Shown piece by piece: positions 1 to 12,334 of a stretch of 64,000 bases of DNA; position 1 is the first letter of the stretch; each line of letters opens with the position of its first letter. This stretch comes from Octopus sinensis (taxonomy: Eukaryota), in NCBI RefSeq assembly GCF_006345805.1, contig NC_043008.1, positions 13,082,001 to 13,146,000 on the forward strand, given 5' to 3'. The notes under the pieces were generated by a model, which saw only the letters and a program-made list of their open reading frames with translations, ran no database searches and was not told the DNA's origin. A program made the position numbers and the translations under genes.

Positions 1-496
1 AGAAATCTGGTATTTGTCGAAAGGACATCGCTCAGTCGATAGCTAACAGAATTACATGCTTACAATTTCAAATAGCAGACAATTATCTAAGAAGAGAACA
101 TAGCATTATATTATACTTCGCTATATATATCTACAGATCGGCTTAAACAAATTATTTGTTTTCGTTTTCAAGGGTAAATATTTGAATTAATTTTAATAAA
201 TGAACATTATCTACGCTGCAATCCGAATTAAATTACATATCTTCGAACAAATAAATGGTTGAGAGTTTTTCATTGCTGACTCACTCGAGATATCGGAGAA
301 CATTACGCTGTCAGTTCTTCATTTCCATGCGAGGAGCTTAAACGATCTAAATTACTGCAAAAAATCTATTTGCATCAAACGCAAACAAAAGCTATTTATT
401 TCATCATCAGTTTCACCATTAGCAGATGTAATTATATATTCATTACTTCGCAACAACTGAACTGAATGCTTGAGATTTTAAATACGATGATCTACA

Positions 497-514
497 TACA
501 TACATATGCATACT

Positions 515-605
<91 letters not shown>

Positions 606-920
606 GTATATACATGTATGTGTATATATATATCTATATAAATGTGTATATGTGTCCACACACACACACACACATATATATATTCCCCTCGCACATATAT
701 AATATATATACGTATGTGTGTGTACGTATATAATACATATAATTGTTATATATATATATATGTACGTTACATATACATATATATATAAATGCATAGGCGC
801 ATATACACGCATATATATATATACACGCATATATATATACGCGCATAGTTACATAGGAACTCTCTCTCTCTCTCCCTCTCACTCTCTCTCTCACACACAC
901 TCACAGACACATACACACAT
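497..920. repeat. (TA)n/(CA)n/(CT)n compound microsatellite
   Basis: Pure (TA)n at about 517-592 followed by degenerate TA/CA/CT runs. Explains the YIYIY/HTHT ORFs. Confidence 0.95.
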
Positions 921-1002
921 GGACTCATATATTTACAAGAAATTATTTCTTGCTAATTCATCAAGATATATATGAACGTTAACGCATTTCATTTCCTGTT
1001 GT

Positions 1003-1085
1003 TCCACCAAACATAGCTGAGTTCATGGACCCCAGTGCGCAGCTGGTACTTATTTTATCGAGTCCAAAAGCATGAAGGGCAAATT
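1003..1085 (-). mobile_element. Degenerate fragment of SINE family B
   Basis: ccccagtgcgcagctggtacttattttatcgagtccaaaagcatgaagggcaaa matches the central domain of the copies at 36074 and 41363. Confidence 0.7.
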
Positions 1086-2009
1086 ATCGAGGGACGCTGT
1101 TGCCGCTCGCCCCTTTTGATATGATTGCTAATTGTCACTTCTAGTTTCCTAACTGTCCCCTGTAATATGTCAGATTCCGTGTTACTCGCTCACCAATCTG
1201 GTTCTCTGTCGTCATACTCTATCGGCAAAGACTTCCACTAGCGAGGCACTGTCTACTAGCTCTATCTAAGACGACTGCGCAGGTCACAAATTTGTTCTTT
1301 ATTTTCGTTGTCCTTAGATTTTTTCGATGAATATACTGGTTTATGCCATTTTGGGTTGTTTGGGGCATTTCATATTCAGTTGCATTTTTCATAGTACCTT
1401 TATGGCCTTTCCCCGTCCTTGTTTTTGCGCCTTATTAGGGCCCGTATGCCACTCCCTGTCTTCCTCCGTTTTTCTCCGCTATTTGAGGCTGCTTCAACGG
1501 GGGAAGTTCGAGACCTTTGTTTTTTACCAGTGCGTGTACTTTTCTGCAGTTCCTGATACAGATGATGGAGCTGTTGATGTCGAGACAATGATGTAGGGCA
1601 TTAAAGGTGTTTAGCTACTTTTATACAAAAAAAACAACAGCAATAGGGGTTCTGTGCTCCTGCACAAGTAACACCTGGCACGCTTACCTTCTATTATAAC
1701 ACCTACGATAGACTAGCGATTGCACGGGCACGAAAGCTATGTTGTTATTCTCATTCCGACACTCACTGCATCAGCCACCTCACCTCGCAGGGCTCATTTC
1801 ACTGATGAGCAACCGATATCCCTATTTTACGAAGAAAATCGGTAGTATGGGATAGAACAACTAACGTAACGATGGCCACCAGTACAAATTGATAGCCGCT
1901 GGCGGGGCCCTGTATTGAATCGACCTTTCCTTTCTCTGCGGTGTTGACATATGTTTTAAGCAGCACCAACGTCGAGTGTTTGAAAACACATCTTATGAAT
2001 TCCGCGGTG

Positions 2010-2461
2010 AATAACAACGACAACGACAACAACAACAACAAAAATAATAATAATAATAATGATAATAATAACAACAACAATATTAATAATAATAATAATG
2101 ATAATAATAATAGCAATAATGATAATAATAATAATAATAATATTAATGATAATAATAATAATAATAACAGCAACAACAATATTAATAATAATAATAATAA
2201 TGATAATAATAATAGCAATAATGATAATAATAATAATAATAATAATAATAATATTAATGATAATAATAATAATAATAATAATAATATTAATGATATAATA
2301 ATAATAATGATAATAATAATAATATAATAATAATAATAATAAATAATAATAATAACAATAATAACAGCAACAACAATATTAATAATAATAATAGCAATAA
2401 TAATAGCAATAATAATAATAATATAATAATAATAATATTAATGATAATAATATTAATAATG

Positions 2462-2551
<90 letters not shown>

Positions 2552-2648
2552 GCAACAACAATATTAATAATAATAATAGCAATAATAATATCAATAATAA
2601 TAATAATAATAATAATAGCAACAACAAGCTCACCATCATCACCATCAT
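2010..2648. repeat. (AAT)n/(AAC)n trinucleotide array with higher-order sub-repeats
   Basis: About 640 bp of AAT with recurring interruptions (aacagcaacaacaatatt, aatagcaataatg). Source of the poly-N/I/L ORFs. Confidence 0.95.
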
Positions 2649-3516
2649 GAATGCTTGAAATTGGTATCTATTTTTTTTTTACTCTTTGATGTTTTTCGAT
2701 ACTCTCCCAAAGACAAATTTGTTATGGAGATCTCCTTGATAGAAGCATATATGCACAGGATGCCTTTCTCGCTCTCCGCCCAATGTATACATCTACATAC
2801 ATACTTTAGTGCTTTTCATAAGCATTTTAATCAATAAAGTCACTTTTATTCTTGGCTATTCTCGTTCTCTTTCCCTCTCTGTATATTATTTTTTTTTACT
2901 TCTCTGTACACACACACACAAAGACACACGCACACACTCAGTCACACACACATGCATACGTCGTACTATCAACGATATTCACGAAACCTGATCAGAAAAC
3001 ACTTGGTTGAAAAAGGTTATCTAACTCCAAACATTGCTTGACGCAAACATTATTCAAAAGAACTCACATTCGATACGAAAAAAAAAAAATCTTTGATATA
3101 AGGTCACCTTTATCAAACTACAATCATTGAAATTTGTATCTTGATATCAAAGTTTTCAAGTAGGCATTCAATTCTAAAGTGAATATATCCTATATAACTT
3201 GCTGTAAAATATGTATTAACCCTGACGTGGAAACAAAACTATATCTATAAAAAAAAAAATGATTTCATATATTTGCCTTCTAAAGGTTAAAATCTAACAA
3301 AGGTATTAGCAAATATCTTTATCATTGGGATCACCAAAATCATTTTTAAACATACATATTCATAACTTGGTTGTAAATTTTCAACCTTTCAAGATATTCA
3401 TTCATAAAAATAAAGTATGGCGTATGAAACAAACTTTGGAAACTATGATACGTCGCATACCATATATGTTTATCGTAAATTTCAAATGAAATTTAAAGAG
3501 GAATCGTGGATACAGA

Positions 3517-3927
3517 GGTGCAGGAGTGGCTGTGTGGTAAGTAACTTGCTTACCAGCCACATGGTTCCGGGTTCAGTCTGACTCCGTGGTATCTTGGGCA
3601 AGTGCCTTCTACTATAGCCTCGGGCCGACCATAGCCTTGTGAGTGGATTTGGTAGACGGAAACTGAAAGAAGCTCGTCCTATATATGTATATATATATAT
3701 ATGTGTGTGTGTGTGCGTATATGCTGTGTATCTGTATTTGTCCCCCCAACATCGCCTGACAACCGATGCTTGTGTGTTTACGTTCCTGTAACTTAGCGGT
3801 TCGGCAAAAGCGACCGATAGAAAAGTACTAGGCTTACAAAGTCCTGGGAGCTATATGATTCGACTAAAGGCGGTGCTTCACCATGGCCGCAGTCAAAAAG
3901 ACTGAAAGTAGTAAAAAAGAGTAAGAG
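3517..3927 (+). mobile_element. tRNA-derived SINE family A (octopus OR-type, CORE-like), full length
   Basis: Head ggtgcaggagtggctgtgtggtaag with B-box-like ggttcagtc, CORE-like cttgggcaagt, internal (TA/TG)n, tail ggcggtgc..ccatggccgcagtc..actgaaa. Many copies in this window. Confidence 0.9.
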
Positions 3928-4134
3928 AGTAATCCTTCGACTATCGCAGGTGTTACATTCTAAAACTCACCGCGATAAGTGAAAACCGCGAAGTAGAAAC
4001 AGTAATGTACTGTATTTTTTTTAATTGTTTTTTTTTATAATTTGTATATATTATATTATAAATGGAAAACAACGCCACGGAGGATCCGATGTAAGCATAA
4101 ATAATAAGCCGCGATATGGCGAGGAATTACTGTA
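3928..4134. mobile_element. Tigger/pogo-like MITE (~205 bp)
   Basis: Imperfect TIRs agtaatccttcgactatcgcagg ... ccgcgatatggcgaggaattactg followed by TA. Confidence 0.75.
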
Positions 4135-4249
4135 TATACACATACATAAAACATACATATATATATAAACATTATCAAGATGACATAATTAAAATATGTG
4201 TGTTATCCAAACGCTAGAAGCTGTGCTATTTCTTCCGGAAGAAATCTTT

Positions 4250-4465
4250 TTAACCTTTTTGATAGCAGTCCGCCTGAAACTGCCTCAAACGTCCAATTTT
4301 TAGATGTTCTGATTTAAAATCTTCCACCAAACCTTAGTTGTAGTTTATGTTCCTAACGCTAGCTTTATGATAACTAAGTTATTTTCCTAAATTCTTTGTT
4401 ATATGTAAGATTAATTGAAAGAAATAGAGAGCATCTCAGCAGAAATGTGGTAACAAAAGGGTTAA
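4250..4465. mobile_element. piggyBac-type MITE
   Basis: TTAA at both ends (4250-4253, 4462-4465) with imperfect TIRs cctttttgatagca / tggtaacaaaaggg. Confidence 0.65.
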
Positions 4466-5018
4466 AGAAGTACAAACTTAAAAGAACTCAATATACTGTG
4501 AGCTAGGCGAAAGGTAATCGCCCCAGAGGTGAACACATTTCCAAAAGATACCATCGAGAAATAACTTTAAACCTTCTTATGTATCATTCGTCCTTGCCTA
4601 TGTAACGTATACAAAGATAAGACTTCAAACGTTACACATAGAGAAATGAAAGTTCGATAAAGTTACTAGAATATCTACAAAGCAAGGCATAACTGCAGTT
4701 TATCATGCATCAGAAAAAGTTGGTTTAAACTTTGATAGGGCACCCACTGAAGAATTATTGCGATATTAGAAATAGCAATCATGCAACACGTCATAGAAAG
4801 ATTTTAATTGTATCCGTTGTTTGAGTCAGTCCTACGAAAGAAATCTTATGATCAAACGAGTCCTGGCTATGTTTATTACATTTTCAAAACGAATTTTAGA
4901 GGGTCAAATAAACAGTATAATAAACAGTTTTAAATTAACAGCAATATCTTTAAAGGTGTTTCTGCATTTGTGTTGGCAGTAATTATACGATAGTAAGATA
5001 CAGAGATGAAACGTCCAT

Positions 5019-5250
5019 GACGGTGTGCTGAAAAGTTCCTGGCTTTGGGTAAAAGGAAATAGAGGAGGGTCAGATAATTTTGATTATATTCAGCACATCA
5101 CATCTCACATTCACACACTTATTGCAACGGTCTTTCAGTTTTTTTTCTAAGCTCCATGAAAGAACCTGAAATATTGCCGCTCCAACCAGGTCTTTCGCGA
5201 CACCCTTAAAGTGAGGAATTTTCAGTAACCCCTCATAGATGCTGCGCATA
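5019..5250 (+). mobile_element. mariner-like DNA transposon left end
   Basis: gtgctgaaaagttcctggcttt is the reverse complement of the TIR at 35345-35366, which follows a mariner transposase C-terminus. Confidence 0.65.
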
Positions 5251-5539
5251 ACTTTCATAATTTAAACGGACAGATGCCATTTCACGTTGAAATGGAGTTT
5301 GAATGTCATTTATGGCAAATGACTGAATTTGTGGCATTCACTACATATATAATAATTAGCAAGGTTAAGTTCTAAGTTCGTGAGGTATATTTGGAAAACA
5401 AATGGAATGAGTTTGTCGGGTGATTTTTTTTCCTTTCTTATACAACAAAGAAACATACAAAAAAATAAGTGAAATATACGACATCTTTTTCTACTAGTGC
5501 TCAGCAGCTCTGCATCTCCATTTGGCTTCCACTTCTTGT

Positions 5540-5540
5540 G

Positions 5541-5594
<54 letters not shown>

Positions 5595-5603
5595 TAGATA
5601 GAT

Positions 5604-5666
<63 letters not shown>

Positions 5667-5705
5667 TACATACATATGTAAGTATGTGTGTGTATGTGTG
5701 TGCAA
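5540..5705. repeat. (TA)n + (GATA)n microsatellite
   Basis: Read directly from the sequence. Confidence 0.95.
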
Positions 5706-6979
5706 GTATGTGCATATATTTGTATAGAAGAATGCTTGAATGCATACACACACAGTGATATATATATATATATACGCAATAAATATGATATTATGTGCGT
5801 GCTTGTCGGTTTATGTATATGTGTACGTGAGTGTGTATACTGAGAGAAAGAGGGGAGGAGCGAGAGAGTGTGAGAGAGAGAAAGTTGGCGAGAGGGAAAT
5901 AATTTTTCAAAACTTACATAGATTTTAACTGTTTTAACTAGATTATTTTAAAGTTTCCGAACCTCAAATCGCATAGAGGAAAACTATAGTTGATATTATT
6001 AAGGAAAAAAAAGAAAGAAAGAAAGAGAAAGAGGAAAATTAAAAGAAAACTGAATTTTTTTTATAGTTTGTTTCTTTTCCTAAGAGCTCAAAAGACATGG
6101 GTTAATTGACGGCAAACATAGCAGAGGTTTTAAACAGAATTAGCTGACGTCACGCCAGTGTAACAGTTGGGAATAGCAGGCTTTATTGACTGTTTTGCAC
6201 AAAGACACATATACACGTACACATATATGCAAACACACAGCCACGGACACACTCAGTAAAAGAACAACAAAAACAATTATCCGTTAAGTCTGTATTTGTT
6301 CTTACATTAACCTTAAATTGCTTACAATATCCACTATTGGAAATATAATTAGATTAGAAGCTTTATATTTTCTTTTCCTTTCACTGCAAGTGACAGAGGA
6401 TTTGCAGTTAATCCTCCAATCACATGGGTTTTGTTGTCTCTTGGGCAAGGATAATTCTACGAAAGGAAGCCCATTTACTCCAGTTCATATAGTACACACA
6501 CGCCACATTCAACCCATTTTTGTAATTCCTGTTTGTCTGAGAAACGTTATCCTCTTACTGGCATTTGTAATGATAGAGTTTAGCCGTAACCGATTCAACA
6601 TCACACGTGAAGAAAAAAGAAAACAAAGAAATCTATTGAGCTTCTGGCCTTCTACTCGCATCATACTGATGTGGAAATAAAATATAGATTCACTCTAACG
6701 TCATTCGATGTAAAAGAAATAATAGCCAAATCTCCAGCAACCCAGGTGGTGACTTATTCTTTTCTGACAGGCGGTCGATGGCTGCATAATTTTAGTCTGT
6801 GTGTGAGTATATGTAAATGTATACATATGCATATGTGTTTGTGTATCATGTGTGTGCGTGTGTATGCGAGATTGTGTGTGTATATATATTTATATCCATT
6901 TGTCTATGAATGTAAATATATAGATATACTGTTTATACATAAATATCCATCTCTCTCTATATATATATACACACACACA

Positions 6980-7034
<55 letters not shown>

Positions 7035-7038
7035 ATAA

Positions 7039-7132
7039 ATAAGTATATTTGCCACTTAAATGTGGCTAACCACTAAGGGTGGATGCATCCACCCTTAGTG
7101 GTTAGCCACATTTAAGTGGCAAATATACTTAT
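7039..7132. repeat. Perfect 94-bp spacerless palindrome
   Basis: ataagtatatttgccacttaaatgtggctaaccactaagggtggatg|catccacccttagtggttagccacatttaagtggcaaatatacttat: 47-bp arms, no mismatch, embedded in TG/TA microsatellite. Confidence 0.97.
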
Positions 7133-7439
7133 CATATATATATATATGTGTGTGTGTGTGGTGTGTGTGTGTGTGTGTGTGTGTATGCATGTATGTATAT
7201 CAGTTGAATAAAGATAAAACATGGTCTTGTTTTACGTTTTTTTATTATGGTATTTTAACATTAAAAAATATTTTGAAATGCTCATAAAGTTTGGAAGGTT
7301 CTCCAAGAAATCATCGGTCAGTTAAACACATTTGAAATTTCATGATTACAGTATGTATGAAAGCGCTAATTTAACTTTATTCAACTGATGTATTATTCTT
7401 TAAATATTCACAAAAATTCGAAACTCTCCCCTTCTCTCT

Positions 7440-7489
<50 letters not shown>

Positions 7490-8380
7490 ATGTGTGTGTG
7501 TATGCGTGTGTGTGTCTGTGTGTGTGTTTGTGTGTGTAATTGAATAGGATTTTGATATTATGAATGACGAGTTTGCGTTTTCATCCAAAATGGAGACGAA
7601 CAACATTCCTCTATGTGATCGACTTGAAAAATTGTTATTCGAAAGAGCATTCATTTGGTAGAGATTCTTCTCTGTATTTCCTTTAAATTTTTGGCAAATA
7701 TTTGGATGTTTAATCGTATGTCAACAAAAAAATATTTATGTAGAATATTTTAATTTGCTTGAAGCAATGTTAAGAAAAATATGCGAGAGTAAAAACAGAC
7801 TACAATACTGTTAAATGAATAAAGGAAATCGTATTCAATATTTCAGTCACAAAAAGCCCTAACAGTGAATAGAAATGTCACAGAGAAACAAGATGTAGAA
7901 GTAGACATAACATATAGACTTTATAACAATGGACAAAAAAAAACAAAGAATTATTTTTATGAAAAACCTTGAAGTTTAAACGTTAGTAGTTAAGCAACCA
8001 ATGAGAAAAAAAAGACTACTCATGGTTGTACAGAAGCTCTGGTTGCAGGCATTTCATGAGGATGTTCTCTCTTTTTTCTTTTAGATTCCTGTATGTATCC
8101 ATCGGCGGTATTGCTCGTGACTGATTTTAATAACAAGGTATTTGTGCAAATATTCTTGTTGCTCTAAAAAGCTCCTGTAAACTCGTATATTATAACGTAA
8201 ATGTATAACATGTAGATAATGCAACCGATAATGAAATTGCGTCAATTAAATATAAACTCTACAACCAACCAACCAACAATGTGTTGAATGGAATGTAACC
8301 AATTCCGGGCTCTTGAAATCGGAGTTACTATTGACTAGAGGTTTATCTGATCAACTATTTGAAAATATATTATGTAAAAA

Positions 8381-8551
8381 GGCGCAGGAGTGGCTGTGTG
8401 GTAAGTAGCTTGCTAAACAACCACATGGTTCCGGGTTCAGTCCCACTGCGTGGCATCTTGGGCAAGTGTCTTCTGCTATAGCCCCGGGTCGACCAATGCC
8501 TTGTGAGTGGATTTGGTAGACGGAAACTGAAAGAAGCCCGTCGTATATATG

Positions 8552-8582
<31 letters not shown>

Positions 8583-8780
8583 GTGTGTCTGTGTTTGTCC
8601 CCCTACCATTGCTTGACCACCGATGCTAGTGTGTTTACGTCCCCGTAACTTAGCGGTTCGGCAAAATAGAACGATAGAATAAGTACTAGGCTTACAAAGA
8701 AGAAGCCCTGGGGTTTGCTCGACTAAAGGCGGTGCTCCAGCATGGCCGCAGTCAAATGACTGAAGCAAGTAAATGAAAGT
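8381..8780 (+). mobile_element. SINE family A, full length
   Basis: Same head, CORE-like segment, microsatellite and tail as 3517-3927; little decay. Confidence 0.92.
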
Positions 8781-9924
8781 AATGCTACAAAGGCTGAAGG
8801 ATATAATGTGATGTGCTAGGATCATTGCTCGCCTTCTTAATCCCCTATCGGAAGTACCAAACATTCATTTAAACACGGAAAAGATTTCTCATTATCAATG
8901 CAAATAAATAAAATCCATTCGAGAAATGCATTAAATGGTTACACATGTCCGCAATCAGGTTTGTCAACAAATCAGAATTCCTCTTAATACACGATTATTA
9001 TTAATCGGTTTAGAATTAAGTATTATATGTTCCATTATCCAATGAGGTTATATGTTTCATTAACCCCAATCTTTTCTTACCTTGTTGGAAAAGTTTCGAT
9101 TAAGAGTTTATTCAAATATACTTTATTCATCCGCATCATTAAGTTGTAACAACGTTTCCAAATACCATAACTTTTGACAAAAGATATCTTTACTGAACTT
9201 TGAATGAATATCATGTGGAGAAGTACTACATGTTGCCCCGAGTAAAACGATAAAATTGGCTTGCAAATAAATAACTCATAAAATTACAAATCATACTAAC
9301 TGAATAATTCTAATATTAGGGTATATATTTCCATCAATAATCTTGTATTTCTATTTCAACTATTTTGACGAGCACGGAGAGCAATGCCTGGTTATTCATT
9401 TTTAGTTGCTAATCTATGCTCGTATATTAATCTTCTTTATATATCAGTCCTACAGAGAGATACATATAACAAAACAAAATTAAGTTTCCAATTCAAACAT
9501 TAAAACTCATATATAAATGTTTGTGGCAGTGTAGCTATATTTATATCATTATCCATTGCCAAATTCATGTTTTATTATGTAAATGTTTGAAAGTATAATG
9601 CCGAATATATTTTATATTCAGAACTCAAATATTGATTTTGACATTTAGTTATGTGATGTGAATCACCAATCATGTAGGTAGCTATTCTACATTTAAACTA
9701 CAAATCAATTCAAAATTTTTATCCGCAAAATAGATGTAAAATTAGTTTAGAGAATTAAAACTAACTCAATGTGGGCGCTCAACCCTAGAATAAATTATAT
9801 TACGAGAACAATGCATGATAAATTACCATCCGAACTATTTGGACTGGAATACTATATACATAGCGCTGCCAGTAAAGCTTCCTAGACTAAGATGTCGAGT
9901 TGCCTAACGTGCAATCCGTTAAAA

Positions 9925-10004
9925 TTGGTAGATGGAAACTACGTAAGTCTATCATAGGAACGCATGGGAATATTTACATATATACATATATATATATATA
10001 TATA

Positions 10005-10059
<55 letters not shown>

Positions 10060-10220
10060 CGTGTGTGTGTAGAGCGAGAGAGAGGCACCTAGCATAGCTG
10101 TGTGGTAAGACCCTTGCTTCCCAACCCTGTGGACTCGGGTACTTCTGCTATAGCCTCGGGCCCATTAAAGCCTACTGAGTGGATTTGATGAACGGACACA
10201 GAAAGCAGCCTGTCTTGTAT
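9925..10220 (+). mobile_element. Degenerate SINE family A fragments
   Basis: ttggtagatggaaact at about 9925; gctgtgtggtaag...cttctgctatagcctcgggc at 10097-10160. Confidence 0.65.
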
Positions 10221-10339
10221 ATATATATATATATATATATAACGGGAAGCTTTAATGAAAATAAACAAAAGACGAAGGCAGGTGGAAAACAAACGAACAA
10301 TTGTATTAGTATGGCGCTCAGAAATATAAATAAAACAAT

Positions 10340-10376
10340 TCTTTAACGTTTCGAGCCTACGCTCTTCAACAGAAGA
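10340..10376 (-). ncRNA. Minimal type I hammerhead ribozyme, variant core CUGUUGA
   Basis: Minus: tctt CTGTTGA A GAGC gtag GCTC GAA ACGT T aaaga, lying in the PLE 3' end. Confidence 0.7.
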
Positions 10377-10552
10377 TACACAGAGAGAGGAAAAAACACA
10401 GAAGAAGGAGAGAAAAAAAATGCGTGCAGTAGCTAACGAATCAACATGGCGATCTGATTTCGGCCAGAGGTCAAGATCAACATGAGATGCGAGAGCGAAA
10501 TAAGGGGGATAATAGGGTTGATAAATGGGTTGAGGGACCAGCTAAAAGTGCC

Positions 10553-10625
10553 GTGGGAGGGGTCTGGATGTGTGTATGTATAGGGTTGGTGTATGTATTA
10601 GTATGTATAGGGTGTGTGGTGTGTG

Positions 10626-10656
<31 letters not shown>

Positions 10657-10900
10657 AGAGAGTATTAGTGCGTAAGATTGTGGTCTGGACATGCGTATGT
10701 ATGGGGTTGGTGTATGTATTTGTATGTATTAGTATGTATTAGTACGTATTGGTATGTATAGGTATGTGTGTGTGTGTGAGAGAGTATAAGTGCGTATGCG
10801 GGGTCTGGACGTGTGTATGTATAGGGTTGGTGTAAGATAGTATGTACTAGTATGTATTAGTACGTATTAGTATGTATTAGTTGGTGTGGTGTATTAGTAG
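10553..10900. repeat. Three degenerate ~120-bp tandem units within the PLE 3' UTR
   Basis: ggtctgga..tg.gtatgtat.gggttggtgta restarts at about 10561, 10682 and 10802. Confidence 0.75.
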
Positions 10901-11639
10901 GCACATCATATGTGATGTGATGTGTAAGTCATGTGGTGTAGTGAGGAGAAGAGGGGGGAGAAGAGGGGGGAGAAGAGGGGAGGGGGAAGAGGGGGGAGAG
11001 AAGGGGAGGGGAAGAAAGGGGGAGGAGAAGAGGGAAAGAGGAGAGGAAGGGGGAGAAGGAAGGGGGAGGAGGGGGAATAAGGAGGAAAATAGGGAGAGGG
11101 GGAGAGAGGGAGTGAGGGAGCAGAGGAAGGGGAAGAGGGAGGGAGAAAGAGGGAAGAAGGGAAGGCGAGTAGGGGTGAAAGGATGAAGGACTGAAGAAGT
11201 GGGGTCGGGGGGAAAGGATAGGTGAGGAGTGGGAGAGGGGGTTAGATGAGGAGGGGGGGAGAGTTGAGACCAAATGGCGTATAGAGCGAAGAGAGAAGAT
11301 TAATTCCTGTTCACGGCGCAAACGGGAATCGGATGGCCTCTGTGTAAGGACAAACCGAACACAGATAGGTTTTGCAAGGAGTGACCGGTGGAGCGGAAAT
11401 GGCGTGAGACCGGTGTGTCGTTCGCAAGGTGGATGTCACGAAGGTGTTCCGCGAACCGGTCAGCCAAGCGGCGTCCCGTTTGTCCGATGTACAAGGAATT
11501 GCAGAGAGAGCAAGAGATGCAATAGATAATATTGCTGGAGGTGCAGGTGAAGGAGTGGATGATGGGATAGGGTCGATGGTGGGTGCTAGTGAGGCGGGTG
11601 GTGTTGGAGAGGTAATATATATATATATATATATATCTA

Positions 11640-11886
11640 ATGTAGGATAAAATATTTTTCCGAAAAAAAATGTTATCAACGGCCAGCATTTTAAAAAGTA
11701 CCTTTAAAGGTTAAAATTATAAACAACTTATAAATAAGGGCAACAGAAAAAATTTATAATGCCAAATATGCCGAAATTGGAACTATTGTCCATAACCATA
11801 TAATTTTTCACAATACGCACGTTACTCGAAAAAAGGCATATTTGGCATTAGAAATTTTTTCGTTTGCCCTTATTTATAAGTTGATT
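11640..11886. repeat. Short element with ~50-bp imperfect inverted repeat (possible PLE fold-back remnant)
   Basis: caacttataaataaggggcaacagaaaaaatttataatgccaaatatgcc (11724-11772) versus ggcatatttggcattagaaattttttcgtttgcccttatttataagttg (11836-11883). Starts taggataaaa like the element at 61117. Confidence 0.75.
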
Positions 11887-12139
11887 ATATATATATGAAG
11901 CAAGATATAAATTGTGGTCATTACATGTTTTTGTTAATTGCAGTAAATTTGTCTTACGGCTGTTTCTGGTTATCATTATAGGATTATAGGTACATTATTG
12001 ATATGTTTACTCAGTTGGTCCATTGATCCGTTGAGAAAAATTGGACAACCTAAATAGCTAATGTTACTTTCGTCAGTCACAACACACACACACACACACG
12101 CATATACACACACATACATATACACACGCATACATGGGG

Positions 12140-12334
12140 GGGGGCAAACACAGACACACAAACATATACACACACATACATATATACGACGAGCTTCTTT
12201 CAGTTCCCGTCTACCAAATCCACTCACAAGGCTTTGGTCGGCCCGAGGCTCTAGTAGAAGTCACTTGCCCAAGGTGTCATGCAAAACCATGTGGTTGGTA
12301 AGCAAGCTACTTACCACACAGCCACTCCTACGCC
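12140..12334 (-). mobile_element. SINE family A, head half
   Basis: Reverse complement of the family A head through gaagctcgtcg. Confidence 0.85.

Larger units (their letters stand above)
10241..11612 (-). mobile_element. Penelope-like element, 5'-truncated: GIY-YIG endonuclease end plus 3' UTR/pLTR
   Basis: Minus-strand FTCTSSNIIYCISCSLCNSLYIGQTGRRLADRFAEHLRDI...PVSRHF, then a frameshift to REQELIFSL, is a PLE GIY-YIG domain. The 3' UTR ends cttcccgtt(at)n and contains an HHR; the same 3' end recurs at 28067-28343. Confidence 0.9.

Noticed and set aside
443-975. [14 protein letters not shown] ORFs here and throughout the window
   Set aside because: Translations of dinucleotide and tetranucleotide microsatellites; no coding signal.
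1725-1860. CTGATGA at 1802 with GAAA nearby as a possible hammerhead
   Set aside because: No stem II closing onto GAAA in any permutation, and stem I cannot form.
1799-2650. Poly-Asn/Ile/Leu ORFs (also poly-Ser/Met at 53649-54015 and poly-Tyr/Ile at 42339-42851)
   Set aside because: Trinucleotide arrays lacking stops in some frames; no splice context or domain.
6318-6680. 120-aa ORF with an upstream pyrimidine tract
   Set aside because: No recognisable domain, non-ATG start and no convincing donor site.
10940-11270. G/A-rich tract (G-quadruplex or triplex potential; Gly/Glu/Arg ORF)
   Set aside because: Low-complexity part of the PLE 3' UTR, not an independent feature.
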